Source of the DNA: an uncultured Bacilli bacterium
Lineage (GTDB): Bacteria > Bacillota_I > Bacilli_A > RFN20 > CAG-631
Reading direction: 5' to 3'
Assembly (NCBI GenBank): GCA_947599835.1
Contig: CANQFQ010000005.1
Span: 1-64,000 of the forward strand
DNA: 64,000 nucleotides
Positions 1-9,942 of the stretch are shown here, one piece after another; position 1 is the first letter of the stretch, and every line of letters starts with the position of its first letter. A program made the position numbers and the translations under genes. The notes beneath the pieces were generated by a model, which made no database searches, was not told the origin of the DNA, and saw nothing but the letters and a program-made list of their open reading frames with translations.

Positions 1-63
1 AGTTTTATCGTTCTAACTCGTAGACTTTTTTGACTCCATCTAGATAAAGATTGCAATTCAACA

Positions 64-465
64 TTAAAACCAACTATCTTTTTCATAAGTAATTTTCAAA
101 GCTTTACAAAGATTATAAAACTTTTGATCACTAAAATTTTTGCCTAATTCATGGATAAGACCTTCTTTCAGATCCAAAAACCCCATTTCCTTAAAATAAG
201 TTCTCAATTTTTGCGTATCCATTGCATTTATGTTATAAAAACATTCATAATCATTTCCACCAAAAGCACTAACATTATAATCAACATAGCCTAAACGAAT
301 GCTACCATCCTGATTTTCTTCTAATAATAATCCCGATGTTTCTAACATATGAACCTCCGTTTTTATATTCTTCATTATTGTATCGTATTTTAGATATGAA
401 TGCAATCTTTCACAACGATTAAAAACGCTTTCGTTTGGATTCAAAAAAAAGAAAACATTTTCCAT
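64..465 (-). CDS. hypothetical protein (133 aa)
   Basis: Intact ORF with no recognisable motif, divergent from the lysC-like gene downstream on the other strand. Confidence 0.4.
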   Translation of the reverse strand: MENVFFFLNPNESVFNRCERLHSYLKYDTIMKNIKTEVHMLETSGLLLEENQDGSIRLGYVDYNVSAFGGNDYECFYNINAMDTQKLRTYFKEMGFLDLKEGLIHELGKNFSDQKFYNLCKALKITYEKDSWF

Positions 466-540
466 TGATATCGATGTATTTTTTTGTCAACAATTCAACT
501 TTTTTTTCATATAGTGAATTGATGTAGGTGGTGGCCCATA

Positions 541-1467
541 ATGAAAATTTATAAATATGGTGGCAATATTTTAAAAGATCAATCAACTAGAAATAGTATC
601 TATAAACAATTAAAAAAAGAACAAGAACCCATTCTTTTAGTGGTTTCAGCATTTAAAGAAACACCTTATTCTACCGACAGTTTAACCCATTTATTAGCCA
701 ATCAAGAGGATTTTTATTTAACCCAAAGAATGCAAACTACGGGCGAACTGATTAGTGCAATAATCATTTGTAGCGAACTTAAAAATTTATATTTTAATTG
801 TGATATTTTATATCCAGAGGAATTAGGAATACAAATTAATAAAACCCAAGATAAAATTGAAATAGAAAATTTAGATGCCACTCAATTAAATGCAAAATTA
901 AAAGGCCGTGATATTCTCGTTTGTCCTGGTTTTACCGGAAAAGATAAAAGTCAACAAATCGTCTCTTTGAATCGTGGTGGGAGCGATTTAACTGCCATTT
1001 TATTGGCTCAAATGACACAAACAAAAGAAGTTACTTTTTTTAAAGATGTTCCGGGCGTTGGACTATGCGATCCTAAATATTATACCCATCATAAAATTCT
1101 AGAAAATGTAAGCTACGATAAAATGATTTTATTTGCAAAACATGGTTCCAATTTGATTCAATTAGAGGCTCTTAAAATGGCCAAAGAATATCAAATAGAA
1201 CTAAGAATAAAGCATTTTGCTATACAAAATACAGGAACTTTAATTAACGATAAAAAGGGAGATAGTTCTTTAGGAATTCATATCAAAGATCAAAAAATCT
1301 ATATTGATGGATTCAATAATGCAACCTATATCAAAAAAATTCTTTTTGAAAATGAATTGCCTTATGATTTATTAATTACAATTCAAGATAGTATAGAAAT
1401 TACCACTCCCTACCATAACGAAAAAGAAATTCTTACTCTCATCTGTAAAAATTTATTAAGGAGCTAA
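541..1467 (+). CDS. aspartate kinase-like amino-acid kinase, short form without obvious ACT regulatory domains
   Basis: N-terminal 'IYKYGGNIL...LLVVSAF' matches the amino-acid kinase (aspartokinase) fold signature. It is followed directly by asd and dapF. At 308 aa it is much shorter than canonical LysC. Confidence 0.55.
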   Translation: MKIYKYGGNILKDQSTRNSIYKQLKKEQEPILLVVSAFKETPYSTDSLTHLLANQEDFYLTQRMQTTGELISAIIICSELKNLYFNCDILYPEELGIQINKTQDKIEIENLDATQLNAKLKGRDILVCPGFTGKDKSQQIVSLNRGGSDLTAILLAQMTQTKEVTFFKDVPGVGLCDPKYYTHHKILENVSYDKMILFAKHGSNLIQLEALKMAKEYQIELRIKHFAIQNTGTLINDKKGDSSLGIHIKDQKIYIDGFNNATYIKKILFENELPYDLLITIQDSIEITTPYHNEKEILTLICKNLLRS

Positions 1468-1471
1468 TCAT

Positions 1472-2491
1472 ATGAAAAAATATGCAATCGCAATTGTAGG
1501 TGCTACTGGTGCCGTCGGACAGCAAGTTTTAAAATGGCTTCATGAATTACATTTCCCGTTTTCATCGATAGAAACATTTGCATCTAAACGAAGTTCCGGA
1601 AGATTCATTCACTATAATCGACATTCATATCTCGTTCAAGAATTAAACGAAAATAGTTTTAAAAATAAAAATATTTGTTTCTTTTGCACTGATGAATCGA
1701 TTTCTAAAAAATATATTCCTTATGCATTAAAAGAAAAATGTTTTGTCATTGATAATAGTTCTTTTTTCCGATTATATCATGATGTTCCTTTAATTATTCC
1801 ATCGATCAATGGACACTTGTTTCATCCAAAACATCATTTGATTGCAAATCCAAATTGTGCGACAAGTATTTTATGTAGTGTTTTAAAACCATTAAGCGAT
1901 TTATATTCCATTCAAACGGTCATCGTAAGTACTTATCAATCCATGTCAGGTATGGGTTTAAATGCTATGGAAGAGTTAAAATATCAATCTTTAGCTGAAT
2001 TCAATGGAAAATATAAACGAGAAAGGAAAAATCATTTTCATCTTTCAAAGGATACATTCAAATATAAAATTGCTTTTAATTGTTTACCTCTCGTTGGTAC
2101 TTTATTAGATGATAGTTGGACAACTGAAGAACATAAAATCATTAATGAAACGAAAAAAATTTTAAACCAAGATTTTAAAATAATTCCTAACTGTGTGCGT
2201 GTTCCTACCTTTCACTGTCATGGTGAAACGGTAGTTGTAAAATTTCATCAGAAAATTGATTTAAACGTGATTATCAAACATCTAAAAAAACAAAAAGAAT
2301 TAAAAATATGTCATAAAATTTTACCGATAAATTCAAATTGTGCTCAACGATTAGAAGTCTTTGTAAGTCGAATAAGAAAGGTAGATAACGATACCTTAAC
2401 TTTTTATATCGTCAGTGATAATTTACTGAAAGGCGCGGCGACAAATGCGATTGATATCGCTTTTCTTGCCATTGGAGGTTGTAAGGAATGA
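1472..2491 (+). CDS. asd: aspartate-semialdehyde dehydrogenase
   Basis: N-terminal Rossmann 'IAIVGATGAVGQ'; length and operon context with the aspartokinase-like gene and dapF. Confidence 0.8.
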   Translation: MKKYAIAIVGATGAVGQQVLKWLHELHFPFSSIETFASKRSSGRFIHYNRHSYLVQELNENSFKNKNICFFCTDESISKKYIPYALKEKCFVIDNSSFFRLYHDVPLIIPSINGHLFHPKHHLIANPNCATSILCSVLKPLSDLYSIQTVIVSTYQSMSGMGLNAMEELKYQSLAEFNGKYKRERKNHFHLSKDTFKYKIAFNCLPLVGTLLDDSWTTEEHKIINETKKILNQDFKIIPNCVRVPTFHCHGETVVVKFHQKIDLNVIIKHLKKQKELKICHKILPINSNCAQRLEVFVSRIRKVDNDTLTFYIVSDNLLKGAATNAIDIAFLAIGGCKE

Positions 2492-3213
2492 AATTTTATA
2501 AATATGAAGCAACACAAAATGATTTTATTTTAACATTAAATCAAACCTTTACTAGCGAAGAAATTCAAAAATTATGTGATGTTCATCAAAAAATTGGTGC
2601 GGATGGTGTAATTAATATTACCCATCTAAGAGAAATTACAATTTATAACCAAGATGGCAGTCCTGCCCATATGTGTGGCAATGGATTGCGTTGCGTCAGT
2701 CATTTACTTTACGAATTAACTGCTCAAAAAAAACATATCGTGACGATTAACAATCATGAATACGCCTTAAATTACTTAAGTCCAGATACAGCGGAAGTCA
2801 TCCTTCCTATTCCATCAATGGTAAAAAAGAAAAGTTCCTTGCTCAATGGATATTTTATTGATGTAAAAAACTTGCATTATGTTATCCTTGTTGATGACAT
2901 TAAAAATTTCATTTTTGACGATCAAATCAAAAACTTTTCTACGGAAAATCATTGTAACATAGAAATTGTTTCTATCCAAGATGCCAATACTTTAAACATG
3001 CGTGTATATGAATATGGTGTTGGTGAAACGCGATCTTGTGGTAGCGGAGCCATTGCCGCATTTTATTTGCTTAGACAATTTCACATGCTCGATGCTATCG
3101 CAAACATCCATTTGCCCGGTGGAACTTTAAAAATTGCCGATAAAAACGATTTTTATGTTTTAACTGGACCCGTTCATTACCTTTATACAGGAGAATTACA
3201 ACATGAAGCTTGA
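2488..3213 (+). CDS. dapF: diaminopimelate epimerase
   Basis: 'NDFIL' N-terminus and two catalytic Cys motifs ('CGNGLRC', 'SCGSGA') typical of DapF. Its start overlaps the asd stop by 4 nt. Confidence 0.8.
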   Translation: MKFYKYEATQNDFILTLNQTFTSEEIQKLCDVHQKIGADGVINITHLREITIYNQDGSPAHMCGNGLRCVSHLLYELTAQKKHIVTINNHEYALNYLSPDTAEVILPIPSMVKKKSSLLNGYFIDVKNLHYVILVDDIKNFIFDDQIKNFSTENHCNIEIVSIQDANTLNMRVYEYGVGETRSCGSGAIAAFYLLRQFHMLDAIANIHLPGGTLKIADKNDFYVLTGPVHYLYTGELQHEA

Positions 3214-4417
3214 TGAAATCATTTCAACCCGTTTAGGGGGAAAAAACTTTTTTAAAACAAGTTATTATAAATTTGAAAAATGTAACCAATTGAAACAAAA
3301 GTACCTTAAAGAAAAAAAATTACCTTTAATCAATTTTGGCATTGGTGAAAGTGATCAAATGCCAGATTTAACGATTTTGGATGAACTTACAAAACAATCT
3401 TATGTTTATGAAAATAGAATCTATGCAGATAATGGCATCGATGCTTTTAAAATAGCGGCTAAAAAACATTTAAAAGCAATTTATAATGTCGATTGCGAAA
3501 AAAAGCATTTAAAAATTAATCATGTAATGGGAGCAAAAAGTGGATTAGTCATCATTCCTTTTTCTTTTATTAGTCCGGGGGATTACGTTATTTATACCAC
3601 TCCAGGATATCAAGTTTTACCCACGATAGCTCAATGGTTACAAGCCAAATTATACGAAGTACCTTTGTTAGAAGAAAATAATTATTTGCCAGATTTAGAA
3701 GCTATTCCTGAAGAAATTTATAAAAAAGCAAAAATTTTCTTAGTAAACTACCCTAATTCACCTACAGGAGCTATCGCAAATGTTGCTTTTTATCGAAAGT
3801 TAATAAAAAAAGCTTTAACTTATCATTTTTTGATTGTGAACGATTGTGTTTATGGCCCTTTAACTTATCATCAAAAGCCATTAAGTATTTTCAATTTAGC
3901 AAAAAGTGAAAAATGTTGCATTGAAATCCATAGTTTATCTAAAGCTTTCCATATGACAGGATTTAGAATTGGTTTTGTCGTAGCTAATGCAGCGCTGATG
4001 CATATACTCAAAGAAATTAAAGATAATATGGATTCTGGTCAATATATTCCCATCCAATATGCAGCCATTAAAGCCTATGAAAACGAAAAAAATATCATTG
4101 AAAAAAACAAAGCCTTTTTTTATGATCGATTGCTAAAAGTAAGTCAAATTTTAAATCGATATCATTTAACCTGTAAAGTCCCAGAAGCCACTTTTTATCT
4201 TTATGTAAAGGCTCCCAAAAATTTTAAAACCGGAGAAGAATTTTTTCTTTATTTATTGAATGAAGGTGGAATTTATACCATTCCGTGGGATGAAGTCGGC
4301 CCTTATGTGCGATTTGCGATGACTTATCATATCGAAGAAAATGAAGAAATATTTTATCAAACATTAGAAAATCGTTTAAAATTATTAACAAAAATAAAGG
4401 ATAATGACAATAATTAA
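3203..4417 (+). CDS. class I/II PLP aminotransferase, probable LL-diaminopimelate aminotransferase
   Basis: PLP-lysine motif 'SLSKAFHMTGFRIGF' and its position in a lysC-asd-dapF cluster. The DapL assignment is by context and inference. Confidence 0.5.
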   Translation: MKLDEIISTRLGGKNFFKTSYYKFEKCNQLKQKYLKEKKLPLINFGIGESDQMPDLTILDELTKQSYVYENRIYADNGIDAFKIAAKKHLKAIYNVDCEKKHLKINHVMGAKSGLVIIPFSFISPGDYVIYTTPGYQVLPTIAQWLQAKLYEVPLLEENNYLPDLEAIPEEIYKKAKIFLVNYPNSPTGAIANVAFYRKLIKKALTYHFLIVNDCVYGPLTYHQKPLSIFNLAKSEKCCIEIHSLSKAFHMTGFRIGFVVANAALMHILKEIKDNMDSGQYIPIQYAAIKAYENEKNIIEKNKAFFYDRLLKVSQILNRYHLTCKVPEATFYLYVKAPKNFKTGEEFFLYLLNEGGIYTIPWDEVGPYVRFAMTYHIEENEEIFYQTLENRLKLLTKIKDNDNN

Positions 4418-4433
4418 TATTGTCATTTTTTTT
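4404..4433 (+). terminator. rho-independent terminator after the dapL-like gene
   Basis: Perfect 8-bp stem atgacaat/attgtcat spanning the stop codon, followed by T8. Confidence 0.5.
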
Positions 4434-4454
4434 GAAAAATGGTACAATCAAAAC

Positions 4455-4640
4455 GCAATGAAACGAAGAAGTACTATCTAAATTCTTTATAGAGAGTCAT
4501 CGCTTGCTGGAAGATGATAAGAATATTTAGGAAATTAATCGTGGAGCAACAAGTTTTAATATAAAGGGCATGCTAAATGCATGAACTAAGGTGGTACCGC
4601 GCAATTTAGCGTCCTTAGATAAAGGGCGCTTTTTATTTAA
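4455..4640 (+). promoter_or_regulatory. T-box riboswitch leader controlling leuS
   Basis: Conserved T-box sequence 'AAGGTGGTACCGCG' at 4587-4600, then a terminator hairpin agcgtcc...gggcgct + TTTTT at 4606-4636. An AGAGA-containing stem I region lies upstream. An extended -10 'TGgTACAAT' sits at 4440-4448. Confidence 0.75.
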
Positions 4641-4656
4641 TAAGAGGTGAAATAGA

Positions 4657-7059
4657 ATGCAATATAATCATTTAAAAATTGAAAAAAAATGGCAAGAAAG
4701 ATGGGAAAAAGAAAAAATCTTCAAAACCGATGTGTATGATTTTTCTAAACCAAAATATTATATTTTAGATATGTTTCCTTATCCATCAGGTGCCGGTTTA
4801 CATGTCGGTCATCCTGAAGGCTATACTGCTACGGATATCCTTGCACGAATGAAACGCATGCAAGGTTTTAATGTTCTTCATCCAATGGGATGGGATGCCT
4901 TTGGTTTACCTGCTGAACAATATGCAATTAAAACAAATCATCATCCTGGAGATTTTACTTATAAAAATATTGCGACTTTCAAAAAACAAATTCAATCTTT
5001 AGGATTAAGTTATGATTGGGATAGAGAAATTGCTACCACCGATCCTAGTTATTATAAATGGACCCAATGGATTTTTACTAAACTTTATGAAAAAGGATTA
5101 GCCTATATTGAAGAAAAACCGGTCAATTGGTGTGAAGAATTAGGTACTGTCTTAGCCAACGAAGAGGTAATTAATGGGGTTTCTGAACGGGGTGGATATC
5201 CTGTCGTTCGTAAACCTATGAAACAATGGGTTTTAAAAATTACCGATTATGCTGAACGTTTATTAAATGATTTAGATGAATTAGATTGGCCTGCTGCCAC
5301 CATTGAAATGCAAAAAAACTGGATTGGTAAAAGTGAAGGTGCCATTGTGACTTTTAAAGTAGATCAAACCAATGACTCCTTCGATATCTTTACAACTCGA
5401 GTAGATACCTTATTTGGTGCTAGTTATTGTGTATTAGCACCCGAACATCCCTTAGTACAAAAAATCACAACAAAAGATTACCAAGAAAAAGTAGATGCTT
5501 ATCTTCAATTCTGTTCTAGCAAATCGGATATGGAAAGAACTGAATTAAATAAAGATAAAACTGGTGTTTTTATTGGAGCTTATGCCATCAATCCAGTGAA
5601 TAATAAAAAAATCCCAATTTACATTGGAGATTATGTTTTAGCCTCCTATGGCTGTGGAGCGGTTATGGCGGTTCCTTGTCATGATCAAAGAGATTATGAA
5701 TTTGCTAAAAAATATAACTTAGAAATGATTCAAGTTTTAGAAGGAGATGTAAGTACTCAAGCTTATGTGGATGATGGTGTTCATATCCATTCTTCTTTTA
5801 TCAACGGCATGCATATTAAAGAAGCCAAAGAAGCTATGATTCAATATCTAGAAAAAAATAAACTAGGTTATCGCAAAGTCAATTATAAATTGCGAGATTG
5901 GTTATTTTCTAGACAACGTTATTGGGGAGAACCTATTCCTGTAGTACATATGGAAGATGGAACGATTCATTGCTTAAGTGAAGATGAATTACCACTTGAA
6001 TTACCGGTGCTGGATGCATACAAACCTTCTGGAAATGGCGAATCACCTTTGGCTAATGCTACAGAGTGGTTAAAAGTTGAAATCAATGGTAAAGTCGGAC
6101 GTAGAGAAACAAATACGATGCCACAATGGGCCGGTTCATGCTGGTATTACTTACGTTATATAGATCCACATAACGATAAAATGATTGCGGATCCAGCGCT
6201 ATTAAAACATTGGCTCCCTGTCGATTTGTATGTTGGAGGAGCCGAACATGCAGTTCTTCATTTACTCTATGCACGTTTCTGGCATAAAGTTTTATTTGAT
6301 TTAGGCATTGTCGATACAAAAGAACCTTTTAAAAAGTTATTCCATCAAGGAATGATTTTAGGTGAAAATAATGAGAAAATGTCTAAATCTAGAGGAAATG
6401 TGATTAATCCAGATGATATCGTGAATGAATATGGTGCGGACACTTTGAGAATGTATGAAATGTTTATGGGACCATTAGAAGCTTCTTTGCCATGGTCAAC
6501 GAAAAATCTAGAAGGAAGTCGAAGATTTATAGAACGGGTTTATCGATTATTCACAGATCCTGAATATAGTTGTAAAATTACCGATGAAAACGATGGTTCT
6601 TTAGACAAAATCTATCATCGAACAGTAAAAAAAGTCACAACAGACTTTGAACATTTACAATTCAATACTGCCATTGCTCAAATGATGATTTTTATTAATG
6701 AAGCTTATAAAGCAAAAACGATTTATAAAGAATATGTTCTAGGCTTTATTAAATTAATGTATCCTGTTACCCCTCACATCTGTGAAGAAATGTGGGAATA
6801 TTATGGTCATACAACTTCCATAACTTATGCCGCATGGCCAACTTATGATGAAGATAAAACGGTCGACAATTTGGTCACAATCGCGGTTCAAGTTAACGGA
6901 AAATTAAGAACAACTTTACAAGTAGAAAAAGATACTCCATCCAATACTTTACAAAACTTAGCTTTGCATTGTGACGAAATTCAACGACATATTGATGGAA
7001 AACAAATCATCAAAGTCATTGCTATAGTGAATAAAATTGTCAATATTGTGGTGAAATAA
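4657..7059 (+). CDS. leuS: leucine--tRNA ligase
   Basis: HIGH-type motif '[12 protein letters not shown]', 'KMSKS' motif and an 800-aa length typical of bacterial LeuRS. Confidence 0.95.
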   Translation: MQYNHLKIEKKWQERWEKEKIFKTDVYDFSKPKYYILDMFPYPSGAGLHVGHPEGYTATDILARMKRMQGFNVLHPMGWDAFGLPAEQYAIKTNHHPGDFTYKNIATFKKQIQSLGLSYDWDREIATTDPSYYKWTQWIFTKLYEKGLAYIEEKPVNWCEELGTVLANEEVINGVSERGGYPVVRKPMKQWVLKITDYAERLLNDLDELDWPAATIEMQKNWIGKSEGAIVTFKVDQTNDSFDIFTTRVDTLFGASYCVLAPEHPLVQKITTKDYQEKVDAYLQFCSSKSDMERTELNKDKTGVFIGAYAINPVNNKKIPIYIGDYVLASYGCGAVMAVPCHDQRDYEFAKKYNLEMIQVLEGDVSTQAYVDDGVHIHSSFINGMHIKEAKEAMIQYLEKNKLGYRKVNYKLRDWLFSRQRYWGEPIPVVHMEDGTIHCLSEDELPLELPVLDAYKPSGNGESPLANATEWLKVEINGKVGRRETNTMPQWAGSCWYYLRYIDPHNDKMIADPALLKHWLPVDLYVGGAEHAVLHLLYARFWHKVLFDLGIVDTKEPFKKLFHQGMILGENNEKMSKSRGNVINPDDIVNEYGADTLRMYEMFMGPLEASLPWSTKNLEGSRRFIERVYRLFTDPEYSCKITDENDGSLDKIYHRTVKKVTTDFEHLQFNTAIAQMMIFINEAYKAKTIYKEYVLGFIKLMYPVTPHICEEMWEYYGHTTSITYAAWPTYDEDKTVDNLVTIAVQVNGKLRTTLQVEKDTPSNTLQNLALHCDEIQRHIDGKQIIKVIAIVNKIVNIVVK

Positions 7060-7061
7060 CA

Positions 7062-7715
7062 ATGGAACATTTACCTTTTCAAGCCAGTCCTTATTGGGTT
7101 GAGCATTTAATGGAATTTTATAAAGAAAACTTAGGACAAGTGGATGTTGTTTTTTTGGGAGATTCTAATACACAATTATTTCCGATTCATGAATACTTTA
7201 AAGATTTTACTTGTGCAAATCGTGGAATTCAAGGAGATTTATCTGTAGGTATCAATATCACCATGGAAGAGCGTGTATGTAAATTGCAACCTAAAGTGTT
7301 ATATTTAATGATTGGTGGAAATGATATTGCTTATTGGGGATACAATGATGACATTACCATTCAAAATATACATGACGGCTTAAATTATGTTAGACAACTC
7401 AATAAAGGATGTAAAATTATTTTATGCAGCGTAGCGCCTTGTTGTTATTATCAAGCCAAACATATTGTAAATGACCAAAATATTTATCGACCAAAACATC
7501 GTATTTTAGAGTTAAACCAAAAAATTAAACAATATGCTGAGGCACACGACGATATTACGTTTTTTGATTTACACGCTTTGGTTCGTGATGAAAATAATTC
7601 ATTACCTTTAGATTATACGATAGATGGTTTGCATTTAAGTAAAAAAGCTTATGATATCATTGCAGCAGCATTACATCCAATCATTCTCTCTTTGCTTAAA
7701 GAAAATAAATCATAA
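7062..7715 (+). CDS. SGNH/GDSL-family hydrolase
   Basis: GDSL block 'VVFLGDSNT' near the N-terminus and a 'DGLH' catalytic block near the C-terminus. Confidence 0.6.
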   Translation: MEHLPFQASPYWVEHLMEFYKENLGQVDVVFLGDSNTQLFPIHEYFKDFTCANRGIQGDLSVGINITMEERVCKLQPKVLYLMIGGNDIAYWGYNDDITIQNIHDGLNYVRQLNKGCKIILCSVAPCCYYQAKHIVNDQNIYRPKHRILELNQKIKQYAEAHDDITFFDLHALVRDENNSLPLDYTIDGLHLSKKAYDIIAAALHPIILSLLKENKS

Positions 7716-7761
7716 AAAAAATATGGGTTTCACAATCCATATTTTTTTATCTTATTTGAAT

Positions 7762-8193
7762 TTATTCGTCATCCTCTTCTGCATCCACTAAATCATCGAA
7801 TTCATCATATGTTTTAGGTTTTTCATCTTCTGTATCATCTTCAAGATTATACATCATATCACGATCATTTTCTTTTTCTTCAATTGAATCATCCGATAAA
7901 TCATATTCATCATCGGTTTCTTCATCATCTTGATAAATTTCATTCATATCGATGTGGACTCTTTCATAAGGAACACGTTCACGTAAATCCCACTTATTTT
8001 CACCTACATTGACAAAACGACCATCAATCGTTATATTTGTATAGAAAAATGAAATTAACGTATCTATTTCTTCTTGTGATGCCACTTGTAATTGTTCTAA
8101 TACTCGATCCCATAAATCATAAAATAACATTTCTTTTCCATTTGCTTTCATAATTTCATAAGCGATGTCTGTCATTGATTCTTTTCCTATCAT
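7762..8193 (-). CDS. rpoE: DNA-directed RNA polymerase delta subunit
   Basis: N-terminal HARE-HTH-like region 'FYTNITIDGRFVNVGENKWDLRERVPYE' closely resembles Bacillus RpoE. The C-terminal half is a highly acidic D/E-rich tail. Confidence 0.7.
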   Translation of the reverse strand: MIGKESMTDIAYEIMKANGKEMLFYDLWDRVLEQLQVASQEEIDTLISFFYTNITIDGRFVNVGENKWDLRERVPYERVHIDMNEIYQDDEETDDEYDLSDDSIEEKENDRDMMYNLEDDTEDEKPKTYDEFDDLVDAEEDDE

Positions 8194-8211
8194 AATTTTC
8201 CCTCTTTTTCT

Positions 8212-9843
8212 TTACATTTGATTTAAGGCTTCTACGCCTATTAATTCTAAACCATTTTTGATCACAATTCTAGTAATTTTTACAAGCATTAACCGTTGCT
8301 TGCTAGTTTCCATATCTTCTTCATCTATTACCTTACATTCATTATAGAATGCATGGAAATATTGTGCAAGTGTATATAAATAATTTGTCAGCTTATATGG
8401 AGACATCGTTAAAGCCGCATCTAAAACAACTTTTTCATACAAACTAATGTGCTTTAAGAGTTGTATTTCTTTTCCATGAGTTAATTTTGAACTTTCACAA
8501 AGAAATTCAATCTTTCTATCTGCGGCAGTATTTAATATGGATACACATCGAGCATGCGCATATTCAATATAATATAATGGATTTTCATTACTTTTCTTTA
8601 CCGCATCATCAATATTTAAATCCATATGCGTTGCTATACTTTTACTTGCAAAGGAATACCGCGTAGCATCGACACCAATTTCATCACAAAGATCTTTTAA
8701 AGTATACGCTTTTCCAGTACGTTTGGACATTTTTACTTCTTTTCCATCCTTCATTAAACGAACCATTTGATGAATGATGACTTGGATTTGTTCTTTATGA
8801 TATCCTAAGGCTTCAATAGCGGCTTCTAATCTTTTAATATAACCATGATGATCGGCACCTAAAATATCGACTAAATAATCAAATCCGCGTTCTAATTTAT
8901 ATCGATGATAGGCAATATCGGGTAAGAGGTAAGTATAACTACCATCTGATTTTTGAAGCACCCGATCTTTATCATCTTCAAAGGCAGTGGTTTTAAACCA
9001 TGTTGCTCCATCTTTTTGATAAATGTATCCTTTTTTATCAAGATAAGGAATGATTTCATCTACCCAGCCTTTTTGATAAAGCATTCTTTCACTGGTAAAC
9101 ACATCAAATTTAACCCTAAATTGTTCGAGAACTTTAATGATTTTATCTAATTCTGTTTGAATACCAATTTCTTTAAAATCATCCAATGGTCGATTCAATA
9201 AACGATCTTGATATTTTTCTTTTAATGTATTGGCAATGGCAATAATATCTTGTCCATGATATCCATCATCTGGAAAATCAACATGAATTCCAAGTGCTTG
9301 TTGATATCGAACATAGATAGATTTAGCTAAATTATGAATTTGATTTCCTGCATCATTTACATAATATTCACGTGTTACTTGAAATCCGACCGCAGTAAGT
9401 AAACGACAAATACAATCTCCCACAGCGGCTTGACGGGCATGGCCTAAATGCAAATCTCCGGTTGGATTTGCCGAAACAAATTCAACATCATATTTTTGAT
9501 TTTGCCCATAATTGCATGTCCCAAATCGATCGTTTTCTTGTTCAATTTTGCGCATTAAATCTTTAAATGAATTTTGAGATACAAAAAAGTTTAAAAAACC
9601 TGGTGCTGCAATTTCAATTTTATTAATTTCCGTATTTTTTTTTTCAAATTGTTCCAAAATCAATTTTGCAATTTCCATTGGGTTTCTTTTTACCATACGA
9701 GCAAGTTGCATTGCAATATTACTTGCATAATCACCTTTTGAAGTATCTTTTGGAATTTCTACCACAAAATCCACATCAGTAGGTAAATTGGCCCTAACTA
9801 ATGCTTTTTGTAATTCGCTTTTTATAACTTCATTGATGTTCAT
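8212..9843 (-). CDS. argS: arginine--tRNA ligase
   Basis: Class I 'HLGHAR' motif, a C-terminal anticodon-binding DALR-like region and 543 aa. Confidence 0.9.
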   Translation of the reverse strand: MNINEVIKSELQKALVRANLPTDVDFVVEIPKDTSKGDYASNIAMQLARMVKRNPMEIAKLILEQFEKKNTEINKIEIAAPGFLNFFVSQNSFKDLMRKIEQENDRFGTCNYGQNQKYDVEFVSANPTGDLHLGHARQAAVGDCICRLLTAVGFQVTREYYVNDAGNQIHNLAKSIYVRYQQALGIHVDFPDDGYHGQDIIAIANTLKEKYQDRLLNRPLDDFKEIGIQTELDKIIKVLEQFRVKFDVFTSERMLYQKGWVDEIIPYLDKKGYIYQKDGATWFKTTAFEDDKDRVLQKSDGSYTYLLPDIAYHRYKLERGFDYLVDILGADHHGYIKRLEAAIEALGYHKEQIQVIIHQMVRLMKDGKEVKMSKRTGKAYTLKDLCDEIGVDATRYSFASKSIATHMDLNIDDAVKKSNENPLYYIEYAHARCVSILNTAADRKIEFLCESSKLTHGKEIQLLKHISLYEKVVLDAALTMSPYKLTNYLYTLAQYFHAFYNECKVIDEEDMETSKQRLMLVKITRIVIKNGLELIGVEALNQM

Positions 9844-9942
9844 TTTATCACCATACCTATAAAATCTTTATTATTATAACAAAATAATAATAAAATTTGT
9901 ATTATTTTTTTACATAGGGGAAAACTTTTTTTAGGTGAGCAT

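Noticed and set aside
466-540. Possible lysine riboswitch (L-box) upstream of the aspartokinase-like gene
   Set aside because: The intergenic region is only ~75 nt. An L-box needs ~180 nt and conserved motifs that are not visible here.
4224-4451. 75-aa minus-strand ORF overlapping the 3' end of the aminotransferase gene and its terminator
   Set aside because: It is antisense to the CDS and spans a terminator hairpin. There is no RBS.
6083-6319. 78-aa minus-strand ORF inside leuS
   Set aside because: It is fully antisense to a highly conserved synthetase CDS. Such ORFs arise by chance in an AT-rich genome.
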